This document shows, one piece after another, positions 59,614 through 64,000 of a stretch of DNA of 64,000 nt; positions within the stretch are counted from its first letter, which is position 1, and each line of letters opens with the position of its first letter. Under the pieces are notes generated by a model. That model was not told the DNA's origin. It saw only the letters and a program-made list of their open reading frames with translations, and did no database searches. The stretch comes from a virus (lineage: Duplodnaviria; Caudoviricetes): positions 195,975-259,974 of the IMG/VR virus record IMGVR_UViG_3300031993_000006; one strand, written 5' to 3'. The translations under genes and the position numbers were made by a program.

Positions 59614-60261
59614 CTAGATAGCCGTGTAGTTGAACTGGTTAGCCCCGTCAGCGAAGCCCACGAGAATCCACTCGTCACTCTTGCCGACCATAAGACCGAA
59701 CATATCGTCTGCGTTCTCGACATTGAAGAAAATTTTCTCGTCATCGGCACCTACTCCGAGACCCATCTTCATAGTGACATTCTCAAGGCGGTCCTCGTCA
59801 CGCCACAGAATCACGGCATTGAATCGGGTTTCGGGCTGAATCTTCTTAATCTGCTCGGCAAGTTCCTTAAACTTGATGGTCTTTGCCTCGTAGTCATTGA
59901 AATCGACAAGGATATGACCCTCCCCGCTTCTCGGGTCAGTCAGCCTGCAAAGGTGGTGACCGGAGCAGAAGAAGTCCACTTCGTCATCTTCGGTTCCCTC
60001 TTCGTAGCCGTCATCGAACTTGATTTTGATGTCATAGCTTGTGCCATCGGGTTCCATTACCGTGCAAGAGCTGTACAGGTCATCGGGGTCGCTTTCGAGG
60101 CGCTTGTCGATTTCCTTGCCGAGCGTTTCCAAGTCCTGATTGACGAGGTAATCCTTATAGGAAAAGATGAAGAAGCGTTTGGACTCAATGACAATTCCGT
60201 TGATGTCATGAATCATCTGCTTGATGGTATCAAATTTTTTGAGAGCTTTCTTGGTTTCCAT
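59614..60261 (-). CDS. Hypothetical protein
   Basis: ORF after repeat; terminator at ~59564. Confidence 0.7.
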   Translation of the reverse strand: METKKALKKFDTIKQMIHDINGIVIESKRFFIFSYKDYLVNQDLETLGKEIDKRLESDPDDLYSSCTVMEPDGTSYDIKIKFDDGYEEGTEDDEVDFFCSGHHLCRLTDPRSGEGHILVDFNDYEAKTIKFKELAEQIKKIQPETRFNAVILWRDEDRLENVTMKMGLGVGADDEKIFFNVENADDMFGLMVGKSDEWILVGFADGANQFNYTAI

Positions 60262-60462
60262 AGTAACTGCCTTATTATTTGCGGAGGGCAACATCGCCCG
60301 CCTATACCAATATAGCCCCCTCGTAGCTCCCCGTGGCTCCCCATGAGCTACCGGGTGACTCCCATAGGGTTACTGTGGGCTGCCCGGCGGAGGCTCGCCG
60401 AATCCCGGAAAATAAAAACGGGCGACTCGTGCGAGCCACCCGTTCAGGGAGCAATTAAAAAA

Positions 60463-60813
60463 TTATCTTTCTAACCCCAAGAGCTTTGCCGTCTCGTGGC
60501 GCTTTTCTTCGATTACCCCCGCCCACCAATCAGGGACATCGGTAACCTTGCTGTCCCCGTTTGCATATACGGCGGTTACTTCTATTCCGAGAGGAGCCGA
60601 GGCGAGGAAATCTTCGGTATCTTCAGACTTGCGCTTGCGACCAAGCTCGTCGAAGTCCTTGAAGTCCACTTCAGCGGGGACTACATCGACCGCTCCCGCA
60701 TCGCTACCCGTGTTCACCACGAGCTTGCAACCCGCCTGTGCGAGAAGCTTCTTTCCGAACTCGAACGACTCCCGTGCGAGCTTGATGATTTCATATCTTT
60801 CCTTTGGACTCAT
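60463..60813 (-). CDS. Hypothetical protein
   Basis: ATGA coupling with upstream ORF. Confidence 0.65.
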   Translation of the reverse strand: MSPKERYEIIKLARESFEFGKKLLAQAGCKLVVNTGSDAGAVDVVPAEVDFKDFDELGRKRKSEDTEDFLASAPLGIEVTAVYANGDSKVTDVPDWWAGVIEEKRHETAKLLGLER

Positions 60814-60995
60814 ATTGTGCCTACCTTTTTTAATCTTTCGGTTAATGGACGGAGCAACGCCTCGACTTCGGGCGAACGGCTGTCCCCGAACGACATCGCA
60901 CGGGCTTGCTTGAATACTTCTCTCGAAGCGAGACCACGGGTCTGCCGTAACCTCTTCTGTTCAGCCATAATCTGTTCAATCGTTCTAGGTGCCAT
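60810..60995 (-). CDS. Hypothetical protein
   Basis: AAGGAG RBS after repeat. Confidence 0.6.
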   Translation of the reverse strand: MAPRTIEQIMAEQKRLRQTRGLASREVFKQARAMSFGDSRSPEVEALLRPLTERLKKVGTI

Positions 60996-61152
60996 ATTAT
61001 GCTCCTTTCGGGCGACCACCGCCCGCATATACCTTATAGCCCCGAAGTGCCTCCCCGTAGCCCCCCATGAGCTACCGGGTGACTCCCCGTGGGGAACCTT
61101 CCGGGGAATCCCGCACGGGTCTGCCCGCACGGGAAATTAAATAAAAAATTTT

Positions 61153-61563
61153 TTATGGAAGCTGTAACAGGAACGCCTTTGGCTCCGTCTGCTCCACCGA
61201 GTCGATGAGGTAGTCGATGAGCGCCTTGACGGTATCCTCCATCGTCAGCACCCCCGTAGACCGGTCGATAAGCCCCGTGGTAGCCAATGCGTTGCCGCCG
61301 GGGTATCCGCCTGCGATGATATGGGCGTCTGCCGTATTGAACTGCTGTGCGAGGTCAATTAGCTTATAGCGCCCGCAGCTCTCGTTGAAAGCCTGCTCTT
61401 TCAGCTCGTCCGTATCAAGGTAGAACCATTCATCTTCGCTAGGAATCCCGTCCGTGGCGAAACGGATGTCACCCACGGGCGAGCCGTAATGAACCCGAGT
61501 GAAGATATAGGTGGCGATTTCACAAGCTAGGCTCGTAACATTGTCGAATCGAAAGTATCTCAT
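61153..61563 (-). CDS. Hypothetical protein
   Basis: AAGGAG RBS after repeat. Confidence 0.7.
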   Translation of the reverse strand: MRYFRFDNVTSLACEIATYIFTRVHYGSPVGDIRFATDGIPSEDEWFYLDTDELKEQAFNESCGRYKLIDLAQQFNTADAHIIAGGYPGGNALATTGLIDRSTGVLTMEDTVKALIDYLIDSVEQTEPKAFLLQLP

Positions 61564-61719
61564 AGAATTGCTCCTTTAATACCCGTATAGCCCCATAGGA
61601 GCCTCCCGTGGCTCCCCATGAGTATCCGGGTGAGTTGTACCCCGGGGCTACCCGGGAATCGAAAAATAAAAAATAAAAGGGCGACCCCACGGGCGAACCC
61701 GTGGAATCCCCTGAATGTT

Positions 61720-62337
61720 CTAGAAGAGGTAGAAGTTAACCTTTCTTACATAGCCCTTTGTTTCGAGAAGATGCTTGTGAACATCTCGGTCGAAGCTGTC
61801 CTGCTCCTGCGGGTCGGAGTGACCATTGTTACGCCAATAGCGCAAGCCCTTTTCGGTAAGGATATAGAAAGAATAATAATCCGTGCCATCGTGGTGATAA
61901 TTCTTTGCGTGTAGACCATCTTTGTCGATAAAAATTTTTACCTTGTCGATATGGTTGGCGAACGGGTAAGTGAGCGTATCACGACCCTTGAACTCTACTA
62001 CACGACCGCCCTCCTGCTGTCCACGCCACCCCCCGAAGAAGCCGTGGATAAGCACCATCTTGCCGAAGATGGGGCTATATGGGAGGTTGACCGAGAGGTC
62101 ATCGGCATCGGTTTCGTTCATATCGTGGATAGTATTCCAATATTCTTTGGATTTTTCCACAAGCGGTTCAACGGGTTCCTCATCGCACTCGTGTTGCGCT
62201 TCGTAGTATTCCTTGACATCATCAAATGATGGAATATCCACATCGTTGTAGTATTGGACTTCTTTCTTTCCGTCCTTGTCTGCCGTGATATTGCTCCACT
62301 TGATGCGGGTCTCTTCGGGTTTCTTCTGTTCAGCCAT
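61720..62337 (-). CDS. Hypothetical phage protein
   Basis: GGWRG...HHDGTDYY motif; AAGGAG RBS. Confidence 0.72.
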   Translation of the reverse strand: MAEQKKPEETRIKWSNITADKDGKKEVQYYNDVDIPSFDDVKEYYEAQHECDEEPVEPLVEKSKEYWNTIHDMNETDADDLSVNLPYSPIFGKMVLIHGFFGGWRGQQEGGRVVEFKGRDTLTYPFANHIDKVKIFIDKDGLHAKNYHHDGTDYYSFYILTEKGLRYWRNNGHSDPQEQDSFDRDVHKHLLETKGYVRKVNFYLF

Positions 62338-62534
62338 AAATTGCTCCTTTGGGAATTAAAAATTTTTCCCCGATACCCGTATAGCCCCAAGGTGCCTCCC
62401 CGTGGCTCCCCATGACAATCCGGGTGACTCGCCCTCCCCGATGCTGTCCCCGGGAGTCCCCGGGCTGCCGCGGAGGGTACAAAAAATCCCCCCGCGGGTT
62501 ACACGGGAGGACTCTAGGTAGGTCATTAAAATTT

Positions 62535-62915
62535 TTACCACGGGTGCGATGCGTCATAGGTGGCGAAGCGGTGCTCCCACAGATTCAGCTCGTCATTGTT
62601 GAGATGCTTACCGCCCTTGCAATCGGGAGGGTAGACGAACAGCGTTACGCCACGCCCGTAGATTTCACAGACATATTTGTAGTGACCGCAAATCTGATAG
62701 CCGTTGGGAACATCGGGGAGCGCCTTGCGGACTTCGTAGGTGGTTCCGTTGAACGGCAATCCACGGGTATCTATTACCTCGTATCCTAGCCCTTGAAGAT
62801 GCTTCTCAAGCGCTTCCCAATTAAAAGGCTTTGCGCCCGTTCCGTTCTGTTCCCAATCTGTAAATTCTTCTAGTAACTTTTTGAAGTGTTCGGGATATTT
62901 CTTTTGTTTATCCAT
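62535..62915 (-). CDS. Hypothetical protein
   Basis: AAGGAG RBS after repeat. Confidence 0.7.
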   Translation of the reverse strand: MDKQKKYPEHFKKLLEEFTDWEQNGTGAKPFNWEALEKHLQGLGYEVIDTRGLPFNGTTYEVRKALPDVPNGYQICGHYKYVCEIYGRGVTLFVYPPDCKGGKHLNNDELNLWEHRFATYDASHPW

Positions 62916-63097
62916 AAATTGCTCCTTTGGGAATTAAAAATTTTTCCCAATCCCCGTATAACCCCGATGGGCTCCCCCGTGGCTCCCCATGAGCTACTAG
63001 GTGACCACTCGGGGCTACCTGTGGGGACAGCGGGCAAAAAACAGGAAAGGCGCCCGCATTTGCGAGCGCCCCATTGCGGAGTTCCTCAATGATTACA

Positions 63098-63418
63098 CTA
63101 ACCGAAGATAGGGTCTTCCCCGTGTTCCGCCATATAGGCTTCGAACCTATTTTGGTGCCGCGAGGTCGTGTTCGTCCAATATCCCAAGTTCTTTGTTTTC
63201 GTACCGAACGCCACCGCCACGATAGTAGCATAGCTTTGTAGGCAGACAACCCCGTTTGCCACGTCTTTCACGATATAAGCTGAATTTGCGCCGATTTGAT
63301 GGGGCGTAAGTTCAAGCTGTTTCAGGAATATCCAATGAGGGCATTTAGCATTGTCTGCAAGTTGCTTGCGGTATTCCTCCGTGCGGGACGGATAGCACCA
63401 TTCACATTTCTTTCCCAT
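63098..63418 (-). CDS. Hypothetical phage protein (SYxTxVA...TTSRH pattern)
   Basis: LQSYATIVA...TNTTSRHQ. Confidence 0.72.
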   Translation of the reverse strand: MGKKCEWCYPSRTEEYRKQLADNAKCPHWIFLKQLELTPHQIGANSAYIVKDVANGVVCLQSYATIVAVAFGTKTKNLGYWTNTTSRHQNRFEAYMAEHGEDPIFG

Positions 63419-63650
63419 AGTAATTGCTCCTTATAAAAATTTTTTGACTACCTAAAGGCGAATCCCTCGCCCGAATACAATATACCCCCAAGACGCCACC
63501 CCGTAGCGCCCCATGAGATACCGGGTGCGACCCCGTACCCGAATTCCGATAAAAATTTTAAAAGGGGAAAGCCTTTCGGCTAGTCCCCGATGGACCCGAG
63601 GGGCTACCCGTGGTAACCGCCCGTGCGCCCGTTGCCGTCACGTCCACTGC

Positions 63651-63956
63651 TCACTTGTGCACCTCCTTGACCTTGGACTTCACGGAGTCCGCAACCTGCT
63701 TGGCGGTCTTTACCGCCTTTTCCTTGAGGTCTGTAGCCGTTTCCTTGATGGCTACGCCTGCTTCTTCGGCAGTCTCCTTTGCGACATCGGTCGCCACTTC
63801 AACGGCACCGCTACCCGCTTCCTTTACCGCGGTGATTCCGAGCTTGGCAACGCTAGAAGCAGCGTCCTTTGCAGCTTCCTTTGTTTCGGTTCCGCAAGCT
63901 TCGAGCAGTCCGCAGACCGCAATCACAGAAATAAATTTCAACATAATCTTCTTCAT
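63651..63956 (-). CDS. Putative lipoprotein, Ala/Lys-rich helical
   Basis: Lipobox-like LEAC after hydrophobic stretch; AAGGAG RBS. Confidence 0.7.
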   Translation of the reverse strand: MKKIMLKFISVIAVCGLLEACGTETKEAAKDAASSVAKLGITAVKEAGSGAVEVATDVAKETAEEAGVAIKETATDLKEKAVKTAKQVADSVKSKVKEVHK

Positions 63957-64000
63957 GGATAGATTTCTCCTTTGGGCAATAAAAATTTCCACCCATAGTC

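Larger units (their letters stand above)
26884..63527 (-). repeat. Dispersed co-oriented ~50 bp intergenic element, ~37 copies (putative phage promoter / cassette boundary)
   Basis: Plus-strand core CCCGT(G/A)GC(T/G/C)CCCCATG at ~26903, 28650, 30817, 33177, 33698, 34397, 36028, 37207, 37842, 39084, 39928, 40388, 41177, 41850, 43588, 44132, 45319, 47380, 47853, 48481, 49237, 50361, 50681, 52192, 52555, 53649, 55197, 56826, 57831, 58861, 59475, 60330, 61054, 61605, 62399, 62976, 63500. Confidence 0.95.

Noticed and set aside
60560-60569. Self-target of predicted guide 1 (TCTTCAGACT)
   Set aside because: Only a 10-nt match without the expected adjacent GG; compatible with chance.
26884-63527. 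Repeat array as a CRISPR array
   Set aside because: Intervals are 0.3-2.4 kb and gene-containing, copies are degenerate, and there are no cas genes.
26884-63527. Repeat as a canonical integron attC array
   Set aside because: No RYYYAAC/GTTRRRY cores and no IntI in the window; the fixed-spacer bipartite layout fits a promoter better. Kept only as an analogy.
1-64000. Alternative genetic code (stop reassignment)
   Set aside because: Genes are intact in code 11 using all three stops, and no suppressor tRNA was seen.

Overview
The window looks like part of a large tailed (jumbo-type) phage genome. A Fibrobacter/FCB-group host is inferred from recurring TTGCTATATTTG promoter-like motifs and a Fibrobacter/Bacteroidales-style leader peptide. 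Layout: (1) 1-1344, an IS607-family element (tnpA plus a tnpB-like ORF cut by the window edge). (2) About 1.6-7.0 kb, a tRNA cluster with 11 near-canonical tRNAs (none encodes CCA), several aberrant tRNA-like elements and structured ncRNA candidates. (3) 6.2-22.4 kb, plus-strand genes: P-loop kinase, M14 deacylase, metallophosphoesterase, VWA plus MoxR-like ATPase, CCA-adding enzyme, PQ-loop transporter, HAD protein. (4) 22.5-64 kb, all minus strand: sigma factor, RadC/JAB and FtsK, then a ~37 kb array of small unknown genes. The array is split into units by about 37 co-oriented copies of a ~50 bp bipartite, hairpin-forming element (minus-strand CACCCGG-N5-CATGGGGAGCCACGGG-N10-GGGGCTATA), which behaves like a promoter/cassette system. 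Other notable items: two copies of an ORF-less ~290 bp element with IS607-like ends and a covarying RNA structure (candidate stand-alone omega-RNA cassettes), a tnpB-only element inserted inside a Shine-Dalgarno sequence, a candidate replication origin at ~41.5 kb, and a -1 frameshift-split gene. All assignments come from motif reading by eye; no searches were run.
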